NCBI GenBank assembly: GCA_036381035.1
Contig: DASVDQ010000024.1
Span: 97,742-161,741, forward strand
Length of the DNA: 64,000 nucleotides
Direction of reading: 5' to 3'
Source: Trueperaceae bacterium
Lineage (GTDB): Bacteria > Deinococcota > Deinococci > Deinococcales > Trueperaceae
Made by a program: the position numbers and the translations under genes. How positions within the stretch are numbered: position 1 is the first letter of the stretch; each line of letters opens with the position of its first letter. The notes under the pieces are model-generated. The model searched no databases, was not told where the DNA came from, and was given only the letters and a program-made list of their open reading frames with translations. Shown piece after piece: positions 57,359 through 64,000 of the stretch.

Positions 57359-58360
57359 TCAGCCGTACCTGATCCGCGGGTCCACCGCGGCCAGGAGCAG
57401 GTCGGAGATGAGGTTGCCGATCATCAGCAGGATCGTCGTGATCACCAAGAGCCCGAGCACGACGTAGATGTCCTGGTTGTTGAGGGCGTCGAGGAACGTC
57501 GGCGTGATGCCGGGGTAGGACATCACGACCTCGACGAGGCCGGCGCCGCCGACGAGGCTGGGCAGCAGGCCGCCGATGCCGGCGACGAACGGGATGATGG
57601 AGGGCCGCAGCGCGTGCTTGTAGGTCACGCCGCGCTGCCCGATGCCCTTGGCGCGCGCGGTGCGGATGAAGTCGGACCCCAGGTACTCGATCATCTGGGC
57701 CCTGAGCACGCGCGTGAAGCCCGCCATGCCCGACGTGGCCACGACGAACGACGGCAGGATCAGGTGCCAGGCCACGTCCTTGAGCTGCTGCCAGGCGTTC
57801 AGCCTGTCGAAGTTCGAAGACGTCATGCCGGCGACGGGCAGGAGCATCTCGTTGTAGCCGAAGTTGTCGCGGGTGAACGCCCTGATCAGGAAGAGGCCGA
57901 GGATCAGCACCTGCGCGAAGAAGAAGTTCGGGATCGCCAGGCCGAAGTAGGCGAAGACGCTGACGACCTGGTCGCCCAGGGAGTACTGGCGCACGGCCGA
58001 GTAGACGCCCATGGGGATGCTCACGACCCAGAGCATGAGGATCGCGACGATGGCCAGGTACATCGAGTTGCGCATGGGCCGCGCGATCCTGTCCATCACC
58101 GGCTGGTTGGACACGAAGCTCTGGCCGAGGTTCCCCTTCACGAGGTTCGACATCCAGCGCACGTACTGCACGTGGATGGGCTTGTCGAGGCCGAACTGCG
58201 AGCGCATGCGCTCGATCGTCTCCGGCCTCACGTTCGGCTCCAGCTCCTTGCGGGCCAGGAAGTCCCCCGGCACCAGCTGGCTGATGAGGAACGCCAGCAT
58301 CGTGGCCCCGATGAAGGTGGGGACCATCTGGATGAACCGGCGGACGATGAAGATAAACAC
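57359..58360 (-). CDS. Peptide ABC transporter permease (OppB/DppB type)
   Basis: MFIFIVRRFIQMVPTFIGATMLAFL is a typical N-terminus. The EAA-like region is IRTARAKGIGQRGVTYKHALR. Confidence 0.9.
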   Translation of the reverse strand: MFIFIVRRFIQMVPTFIGATMLAFLISQLVPGDFLARKELEPNVRPETIERMRSQFGLDKPIHVQYVRWMSNLVKGNLGQSFVSNQPVMDRIARPMRNSMYLAIVAILMLWVVSIPMGVYSAVRQYSLGDQVVSVFAYFGLAIPNFFFAQVLILGLFLIRAFTRDNFGYNEMLLPVAGMTSSNFDRLNAWQQLKDVAWHLILPSFVVATSGMAGFTRVLRAQMIEYLGSDFIRTARAKGIGQRGVTYKHALRPSIIPFVAGIGGLLPSLVGGAGLVEVVMSYPGITPTFLDALNNQDIYVVLGLLVITTILLMIGNLISDLLLAAVDPRIRYG

Positions 58361-58467
58361 TGTTCAGGCTCCTGCGGTCTCCGCGGCGGCCATCGGCCGA
58401 TCCGGGCCGAGATAGCTGGGGACGTCGCCCGTCCGCGGTCGCTCGAAGATAGGCACCTTCGTCGCGG

Positions 58468-58505
58468 CGGTCGGCGGGCGACCCGTGCGAGCCGCCCGCC
58501 GACCG
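58468..58505 (-). other. Intercistronic stem-loop between the binding-protein and permease genes
   Basis: A 13-bp perfect stem (CGGTCGGCGGGCG / CGCCCGCCGACCG) with a 12-nt loop, 16 nt downstream of the SBP stop. There is no U-tract. Confidence 0.5.
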
Positions 58506-58520
58506 ACCGTCACCTCGCTA

Positions 58521-60269
58521 TCAGTCCCCGAAGAACGTCAGTGGCAGCTCGCGGGAGCCGACGAGGGCGTTGATCTGGCCCTCGCGGTGCTCGCCGCGGA
58601 GGCTGGCGTTCCAGGCGTAGTTGCTCATCTGGTTGGCCGTGTAGAGGATCGGCACCAGCTCGGCCTCGACGCGCTGGATCTCGAGGCCGATCTCGCGGGC
58701 GGCCTCGGTGTCGAGCTCGGAGCGGCCCCTGTAGAACAGCTCGGTCATCAGCGTCTCCTGCGGGGAGAGGCATCCGCCCGAGGTGTTGTACATGTGCAGG
58801 TTCGTCCCGCAGGGCACGACGTTCACGCCGAACGGCCAGTCGCGCGAGCCGCCGGTGAGGCCGATGAGGATGGCCTGCCAGGGGCGGTCGTCGCCCTCGG
58901 AGGTGAGCTGCTCGACGAGCAGGTTGAAGTCGATGGGCGTGAGCTGGACGTCGACGCCGATCTGGCGGGCGCTGTCCGCGAAGATCTGGATCATCTGCTC
59001 GCGCGTGGTGTTGCCGGCGTTGGTGGCCAGCGTGAAGCTGAGCGGGAAGCCCTCGTCGTTCACGAGGACGCCGTCGGCGTTCTTCTGGTCGAAGCCGATC
59101 TCGGCGAGCAGCTGGGCCGCGCGCTCGGGGTCGTACGGGTACTTCTCGACGTCGTCGTTCACCCAGTACGTGTTGATCGGGTAGACGCTCGTGTACTGGG
59201 GCGTGCCGACGCCGTTGAAGATCAGCTCGATCATCGTCTCGCGGTCGAGGAGGTGGGCCATGGCGCGGCGGAAGTTCACGTTGCGGAACACCGCCTCGAG
59301 CTGCGGGTTGGACGCCATGTTCCAGTTGAAGACGATGAACTGGCTGGACGCGACGGGCGCGACGGCCTCGAGGACGACGGCGTCGATGTCACCGTTGTCG
59401 ATCGCCACGTTGATCACGCCGATGTCGTCGAGGTTGCGCGGGGAGTAGACGTCGAGCTCGCCCGCCAGGAACAGGTTGAGGGCCGCGTCCTGGTCGGCGA
59501 TCGTCAGCGTGTAGCCGTCGAGGTAGGGCAGCGGGTTGCCGGCCTCGTCGACGTTCCACTCGCCGAACGTCGGGTTGGCCTCGAGGACGACGCGCTCACC
59601 GGGGGTGTAGCTCACGGGGATGAACGGGCTGGTCCAGATGGTCGTCGAGAGGTCGACGTCGGTGCCCCACAGCGCCTGCACGGCCTCGGCGCCGCCGGTG
59701 CGGTAGGCCTCGCCGAAGATCTTGTCGGGCGTGGGCGCCATCGCCACGACGGGCAGCGCCAGGCGGTCGGGGCGCGGGAAGTGGAAGCGCAGCGACTTCT
59801 CGCCCGTGATCTCCAGCGTGATCTGGTCGTCGCCGATGAACCAGCTGTCGTAGCCGTTCGAGCCGACATCGGGGTCGCTCTCCAGCAGGTAGGTCGTGTA
59901 GTAGTCCTGGACGGTGACCGGCGTGCCGTCGGACCACAGGATGCCGTCGCGCAGCGTCACGTCGACGGTCCTGCCGTCCTCGCTGATCGTGAACGACTCG
60001 GCGGCGTAGGGGACCCACTCGTCGGAGTCGGGCCCGCGCGTGATGAGCAGCGCGCTGCTGTCGAAGATCACGGTGGTCAGGGACGTGGACTCGGCCGACG
60101 TGATGGGGTTGAACGTGCGCGGGTCGCCGATCATGTAGTCGCGCAAGGTGCCGCCACGGACCGCTTCCTCGGGCGTCGCGCTTGACCACGCGCTCGGCCA
60201 GACGAACGGCTGGGCGTACGCGGACGCCGCGAAGATCAGCGCGGCTAGGGCGAGTACCAGCTTCTTCAT
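58521..60269 (-). CDS. ABC transporter substrate-binding protein, family 5 (peptide/nickel type)
   Basis: 582 aa with a signal peptide (MKKLVLALAALIFAASAYAQ). The ATG lies 5 nt after GGAGG. It is the first gene of the five-gene importer operon. Confidence 0.9.
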   Translation of the reverse strand: MKKLVLALAALIFAASAYAQPFVWPSAWSSATPEEAVRGGTLRDYMIGDPRTFNPITSAESTSLTTVIFDSSALLITRGPDSDEWVPYAAESFTISEDGRTVDVTLRDGILWSDGTPVTVQDYYTTYLLESDPDVGSNGYDSWFIGDDQITLEITGEKSLRFHFPRPDRLALPVVAMAPTPDKIFGEAYRTGGAEAVQALWGTDVDLSTTIWTSPFIPVSYTPGERVVLEANPTFGEWNVDEAGNPLPYLDGYTLTIADQDAALNLFLAGELDVYSPRNLDDIGVINVAIDNGDIDAVVLEAVAPVASSQFIVFNWNMASNPQLEAVFRNVNFRRAMAHLLDRETMIELIFNGVGTPQYTSVYPINTYWVNDDVEKYPYDPERAAQLLAEIGFDQKNADGVLVNDEGFPLSFTLATNAGNTTREQMIQIFADSARQIGVDVQLTPIDFNLLVEQLTSEGDDRPWQAILIGLTGGSRDWPFGVNVVPCGTNLHMYNTSGGCLSPQETLMTELFYRGRSELDTEAAREIGLEIQRVEAELVPILYTANQMSNYAWNASLRGEHREGQINALVGSRELPLTFFGD

Positions 60270-60482
60270 GCTACCTCCAGGAGTGGCGGACGCTTCAGGT
60301 TCCTCCTACCGTTCACATCCACCGATGTCGTAGCGACGGCCTAAGGTACCCGTTCGTCGCCGCGCCCGCAAGGCTTGCCGCACGGCCGTCCGCCGGCGGC
60401 GCCGTTACGGCGCCTCGACGAGGCGGTGAGCTCGACGCCGCCACCTCGTGGGTGCACGCTGTCCCGGTTACCCACTGCGGCG

Positions 60483-60511
60483 AATCTATCACCGGGGTAA
60501 AACAGCGTCAA
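60483..60511 (-). promoter_or_regulatory. Sigma-70-type promoter TTGACG-17 nt-TAGATT for the peptide ABC operon
   Basis: On the minus strand, the -35 element TTGACG (60506-60511) and the -10 element TAGATT (60483-60488) are separated by exactly 17 nt. This predicts a 5' leader of about 200 nt. Confidence 0.55.
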
Positions 60512-60614
60512 CGCGATGTGGTCGGTACTTAAGCGGGTCTGAAGGGGTCCTGAGGCCGCCCCGCGGCCGTCCCCGTCCCCACGGCGCGCGGCGCGGCAGG
60601 GCGCGCCACGAGGA

Positions 60615-60640
60615 GCGGCCGGCCCCGCGGGGCCGGCCGC
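60615..60640 (-). terminator. GC-rich hairpin downstream of secG
   Basis: GCGGCCGGCCCC-gc-GGGGCCGGCCGC lies about 28 nt after the secG stop. There is no clear U-tract. Confidence 0.4.
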
Positions 60641-60667
60641 GCGCTTCCCCCGTCCGCCCGGACGCGG

Positions 60668-60892
60668 TCAGCGGGGGATCACCTGCATGAGGATGGCCAG
60701 CGCGGCCCAGATGCACGCCAGGTAGATGGTGATGCGGTGCAGGCCGCCGGCCGTGCCGCCCAGCGTGCCGAACTCGGCGCCCCCGCCGCCGAGGGCGTCG
60801 CCCAGCCCGGACTGCTTCGGCTCCTGCATGAGGACGACGACGGTCAGCATGGCCGACACGATCACGAAGACTACGAGCACGATCCAGAACAT
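60668..60892 (-). CDS. secG: Preprotein translocase subunit SecG
   Basis: 74 aa with two TM segments flanking a Gly-rich loop (MQEPKQSGLGDALGGGGAEFGTLGG). GGAGG lies 4 nt upstream of the ATG. Confidence 0.85.
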   Translation of the reverse strand: MFWIVLVVFVIVSAMLTVVVLMQEPKQSGLGDALGGGGAEFGTLGGTAGGLHRITIYLACIWAALAILMQVIPR

Positions 60893-60980
60893 CTCGCCTC
60901 CAGCGGCGTCGGCCTGATCCCTCGCGGCAGGCCGCGCTCGGGCTCTCGCGGACGGGCACCGGGCGACGCGGCCGGCAGGA

Positions 60981-61064
60981 TGGTGCCGAGAGCGGGACTC
61001 GAACCCGCACGGGTCTCCCCGGTTGATTTTGAGTCAACTGCGTCTACCGTTCCGCCATCTCGGC
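60981..61064 (-). tRNA. tRNA-Leu (anticodon CAA), CCA encoded
   Basis: The reverse complement reads GCCGAGATGGCGGAACGGTAGACGCAGTTGACTCAAAATCAACCGGGGAGACCCGTGCGGGTTCGAGTCCCGCTCTCGGCACCA. It has a 7-bp acceptor stem, the anticodon loop CTCAAAA, a long variable arm and a GTTCGAGTC T-loop. Confidence 0.95.
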
Positions 61065-61155
61065 AGGCCCGTCCCGCATGTTAGCCTCTGGGCAGCGGGC
61101 GTGCCAAGCGCGCCCGACCCTAGTCGGCGGCACGCCGCAGCGTTGGGAACGGCAC

Positions 61156-61863
61156 TTGAGCGAGGCCATAGCTGTCGTCAGCTTCCCCGGCAGCAACTGC
61201 GACGCCGACGCCCACCACGCCATCAAGGAGGTGCTGGGCGCGCCCTGCCGCGTCGTGTGGCACGACGAGACCGACCTGTCCGGCTACCTGGCCGTGGTCC
61301 TGCCCGGCGGCTTCAGCTTCGGCGACTACCTGAGGGGCGGCGCGCTGGCCGCCCACAGCCCCGTGATGCGCGCCGTGGCCGGCTTCGCCCGCCGCGGCGG
61401 GCCCGTCCTCGGCATCTGCAACGGCTTCCAGGTCCTGACCGAGGCCGGGCTGCTCCCCGGCCAGCTCGCGCGCAACCGCTCGCTGGGGTTCGAGTGCCGC
61501 GACGTCCACCTCCGCGTCGAGCGCGCGTCCGCGCCGTTCACGAGCCGCCTCGCCCCGGGGCAGGTGCTGCGCCTGCCCATCGCGCACGGAGAGGGGGCCT
61601 ACTACGCCGACGACGAGACCCTCGACCGGCTCGAGGGCGAGGGGCGGGTCGCCTTCCGCTACTGCGACGCCGGCGGCGCCGTGACGCCGGAGGCGAACGT
61701 GAACGGCTCGTCCCGGTCGATAGCCGGCGTCGTCAACGAGGCGGGGAACGTCATGGGCATGATGCCGCACCCCGAGCGCGCGGTCGAGCCGCTCCTCGGC
61801 TACGAGGACGGCAGGCTCGTGCTCGGCTCGCTCCTCGACGCGGTGCTGGCGGCGGCGGCGTGA
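61156..61863 (+). CDS. purQ: Phosphoribosylformylglycinamidine synthase, glutamine amidotransferase subunit
   Basis: TTG 61156 gives [22 protein letters not shown]. Other motifs are [21 protein letters not shown] (catalytic Cys) and MMPHPER. Track ORF 61078.. was trimmed. Confidence 0.9.
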   Translation: MSEAIAVVSFPGSNCDADAHHAIKEVLGAPCRVVWHDETDLSGYLAVVLPGGFSFGDYLRGGALAAHSPVMRAVAGFARRGGPVLGICNGFQVLTEAGLLPGQLARNRSLGFECRDVHLRVERASAPFTSRLAPGQVLRLPIAHGEGAYYADDETLDRLEGEGRVAFRYCDAGGAVTPEANVNGSSRSIAGVVNEAGNVMGMMPHPERAVEPLLGYEDGRLVLGSLLDAVLAAAA

Positions 61864-64000
61864 CGGCCTCCTCGACGCGGGCCTCGCTGCGCGACAGGTC
61901 CGCCGAGTTCGGCCTGACGCCAGAGGAGTACGACCGCGTCGTCGCCGCGCTGGGGCGCGAGCCCAACGTCACGGAGGCGGGCGTCTTCGGCGCCCTGTGG
62001 AGCGAGCACTGCGGCTACAAGAACTCGCGGCCGCTGCTCGGGCGCCTGCCCACGGTGGGCGAGCGCGTGGTCCAGGGGCCGGGGGAGAACGCCGGCGTCG
62101 TCGACATCGGCGAGGGCTGGGCCGTCGCCTTCAAGATGGAGAGCCACAACCACCCCTCCGCCGTCGAGCCGGTGCAGGGGGCGGCGACGGGCGTGGGTGG
62201 GATCCTGCGCGACATCTTCGCCATGGGCGCCCGCCCGGTGGCCGTCCTCGACTCGCTGCGCTTCGGCGAGCTCACCTCGCCGCGCAGCCGCCACCTGCTC
62301 GCCGGCGTGGTGGCCGGCATCTCCTCCTACGGCAACGCCGTGGGGGTGCCGACCGTGGGCGGCGAGCTCGAGGTCAACCCCTGCTACGAGGAGAACCCCC
62401 TCGTCAACGTCATGGCCGTGGGCCTGCTGCGCCGCGACGCGCTGAGGCGCGGCACCGTCGGCGAGGTCGGCAACAGGCTCTACTACGTCGGCTCCAAGAC
62501 GGGGCGCGACGGGCTCGGCGGGGCCGTGTTCGCCTCCGCCGACCTCTCCGAGGCCTCTGAGGCCGACAGGCCCGCCGTGCAGGTGGGCGACCCGTTCCTC
62601 GAGAAGCTGCTGCTCGAGGCCTGCCTCGAGGCGATGGAGCGGGACCTGGTGGCCGGCGTGCAGGACATGGGCGCCGCCGGCCTGTCCTCGAGCGTCGCCG
62701 AGATGGCGCACCGGTCCGGCCGCGGCGTGGACCTCCACGTCGACCGCGTGCCGCGCCGCGAGGAGGGCATGACCCCGCTCGAGGTCATGCTCTCCGAGTC
62801 GCAGGAGCGGATGATGCTCGCCGCCCGCCCCGGGCGCGAGGAGGAGCTGAGGGAGCTGTTCGCCCGCTACGGCCTCGACGCCGTGGAGGTGGGCGTCGTG
62901 CGGGACCACGGCGAGCTGCGCGTGATCGACGACGGACGCGTCGTCGCCGCGCTGCCGGTCAGGGCACTGAACGAGCCGCCCACCTACGTGCGCGAGGGCG
63001 TCGAGGACCCGGCGGTGCGGGCGGCGCGCGAGCGCGACCTCACGGGCCTCGCGCCCGTCGCCGACCCCGGCGCCGCGCTGCTCGCGCTGCTCGCCGCCCC
63101 GGCGATCGCCAGCAAGGAGCCCGTCTTCCGCCGCTACGACCACCAGGTCATGACGAACACGGTGGTGCTGCCGGGGCGGGCCGACGCCGCCGTGCTGCGC
63201 GTCAAGGGCACCACGCTCGGCGTCGCCGCCACCGTCGACTGCGACTCGCGCTACACCCGCCTCGACCCCCGCCTGGGGGCCGCGCACGCCGTGGCCGAGG
63301 CCGCGCGCAACCTGAGCTGCGTCGGCGCCGAGCCCGTGGGCGTGACCGACAACCTGAACTTCGGCAACCCCACGGACCCGCACGTCTACTTCCAGCTCGA
63401 GCGATCCGTGGAGGGCATCCGCGAGGCGTGCCTCGCCCTGGGCACTCCCGTCACCGGCGGCAACGTCAGCCTCTACAACCAGTACGTCGAGGACGGGAGG
63501 GTGCGCGCCGTGCACCCCACGCCCACGATCGGCATGGTCGGCGTCCTGCGCGACGTCACGAGGCGCGCCACCCAGGAGCTCAAGCGCGACGGCGACGCCC
63601 TGCTGCTGCTCGGCGCCGGACGACCGAGCGTCGGCGCCAGCGAGTACCTCTACCGCCTCCACGGCCTCGAGGCCGGCGCGCCGCCCCACCTCGACCTGGA
63701 GGGCGAGGCCGCCCTGCAGTCCGTGGTGCGAGCGCTCGTCGCGGACGGCGTCGTCGACACCGCCCACGACGTCTCGACGGGAGGCCTGGCCGTGTGCCTC
63801 GCCGAGATGGCCGTGACGGGCGGGCGCGGCCTCTCCGCCGAGGTGCCGGACGCGGGAACGGGGGCGCTCGCGCGCGACGTCGCTCTCTTCGGCGAGTCGT
63901 CCGCCCGCGTGGTCGTGGCCGTGGAGCCGGGGCGGGTCGCCGCCGTCGAGTCCGCCTGCGCCGCGGCGGGCGTGCCGTCCGCGCGGCTGGGGCACGCGGG
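61860..64000 (+). CDS. purL: Phosphoribosylformylglycinamidine synthase subunit PurL, 3' end outside window
   Basis: GTG 61860 (GTGA overlap with purQ). My translation is ...[43 protein letters not shown]...[46 protein letters not shown]. It is missing from the track because it is truncated. Confidence 0.9.
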   Translation, partial: MTASSTRASLRDRSAEFGLTPEEYDRVVAALGREPNVTEAGVFGALWSEHCGYKNSRPLLGRLPTVGERVVQGPGENAGVVDIGEGWAVAFKMESHNHPSAVEPVQGAATGVGGILRDIFAMGARPVAVLDSLRFGELTSPRSRHLLAGVVAGISSYGNAVGVPTVGGELEVNPCYEENPLVNVMAVGLLRRDALRRGTVGEVGNRLYYVGSKTGRDGLGGAVFASADLSEASEADRPAVQVGDPFLEKLLLEACLEAMERDLVAGVQDMGAAGLSSSVAEMAHRSGRGVDLHVDRVPRREEGMTPLEVMLSESQERMMLAARPGREEELRELFARYGLDAVEVGVVRDHGELRVIDDGRVVAALPVRALNEPPTYVREGVEDPAVRAARERDLTGLAPVADPGAALLALLAAPAIASKEPVFRRYDHQVMTNTVVLPGRADAAVLRVKGTTLGVAATVDCDSRYTRLDPRLGAAHAVAEAARNLSCVGAEPVGVTDNLNFGNPTDPHVYFQLERSVEGIREACLALGTPVTGGNVSLYNQYVEDGRVRAVHPTPTIGMVGVLRDVTRRATQELKRDGDALLLLGAGRPSVGASEYLYRLHGLEAGAPPHLDLEGEAALQSVVRALVADGVVDTAHDVSTGGLAVCLAEMAVTGGRGLSAEVPDAGTGALARDVALFGESSARVVVAVEPGRVAAVESACAAAGVPSARLGHA

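Noticed and set aside
60270-60480. Assigning the peptide-operon leader to a known riboswitch class.
   Set aside because: I could not recognise any conserved riboswitch core by eye. It is reported only as an unclassified structured leader.
61078-61155. Using ATG 61078 as the purQ start.
   Set aside because: It would add 26 non-conserved residues ([18 protein letters not shown]...) and would begin only 14 nt from the tRNA gene. TTG 61156 gives the canonical [17 protein letters not shown]-terminus.

Overview
This is a very G+C-rich bacterial chromosomal window, densely coded, with about 60 CDS and one tRNA. I found no rRNA, CRISPR array, IS element or prophage. Several features point to a Deinococcota (Deinococcus-Thermus) type genome: an EF-P with the Thermus/Deinococcus-type loop (KIGRGGAK), a yloU-yloV-like gene pair, the efp-accB-accC-asp23-nusB-folD block, pervasive leaderless promoters, and small lineage-restricted ORFs. 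This taxonomic call is an inference from protein motifs, not a database search.

Housekeeping content:
- holB (partial), lepB, htrA-like, mnmE, truA, pyrF, secA, rsmD, ddl, efp, accBC, nusB, folD, secG, purQ and purL (partial)
- a five-gene peptide ABC importer
- an alpha-glucan phosphorylase
- tRNA-Leu(CAA)

The most interesting region is about 29.9-45.1 kb. It contains a tightly translationally coupled locus with these genes:
- a serine-palmitoyltransferase-like alpha-oxoamine synthase
- a large GNAT-like acyltransferase
- a CPBP-family membrane protein
- NAD-dependent reductases, one of them an epimerase-SDR fusion
- two glycosyltransferases (MGDG-synthase/GT28-like and GT4)
- an MprF-flippase-like membrane protein

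This locus is divergently joined to a MacB-type ABC transporter and an MMPL/RND transporter. I interpret the whole as a candidate synthesis and export system for a glycosylated sphingolipid-like amino-lipid in an LPS-less diderm. That function is inferred, not demonstrated.

Other notable items:
- a tandem pair of modular PPC-like lipoproteins
- an HNH endonuclease whose conserved N-terminus has no canonical start codon
- an AT-rich nested palindrome/direct repeat over the ddl start
- at least 16 genes with a TAnnnT box 5-8 nt upstream of the start codon and no Shine-Dalgarno

Many long ORFs in the supplied track are Arg/Gly/Pro/Ala-rich shadow frames of real genes and were discarded.
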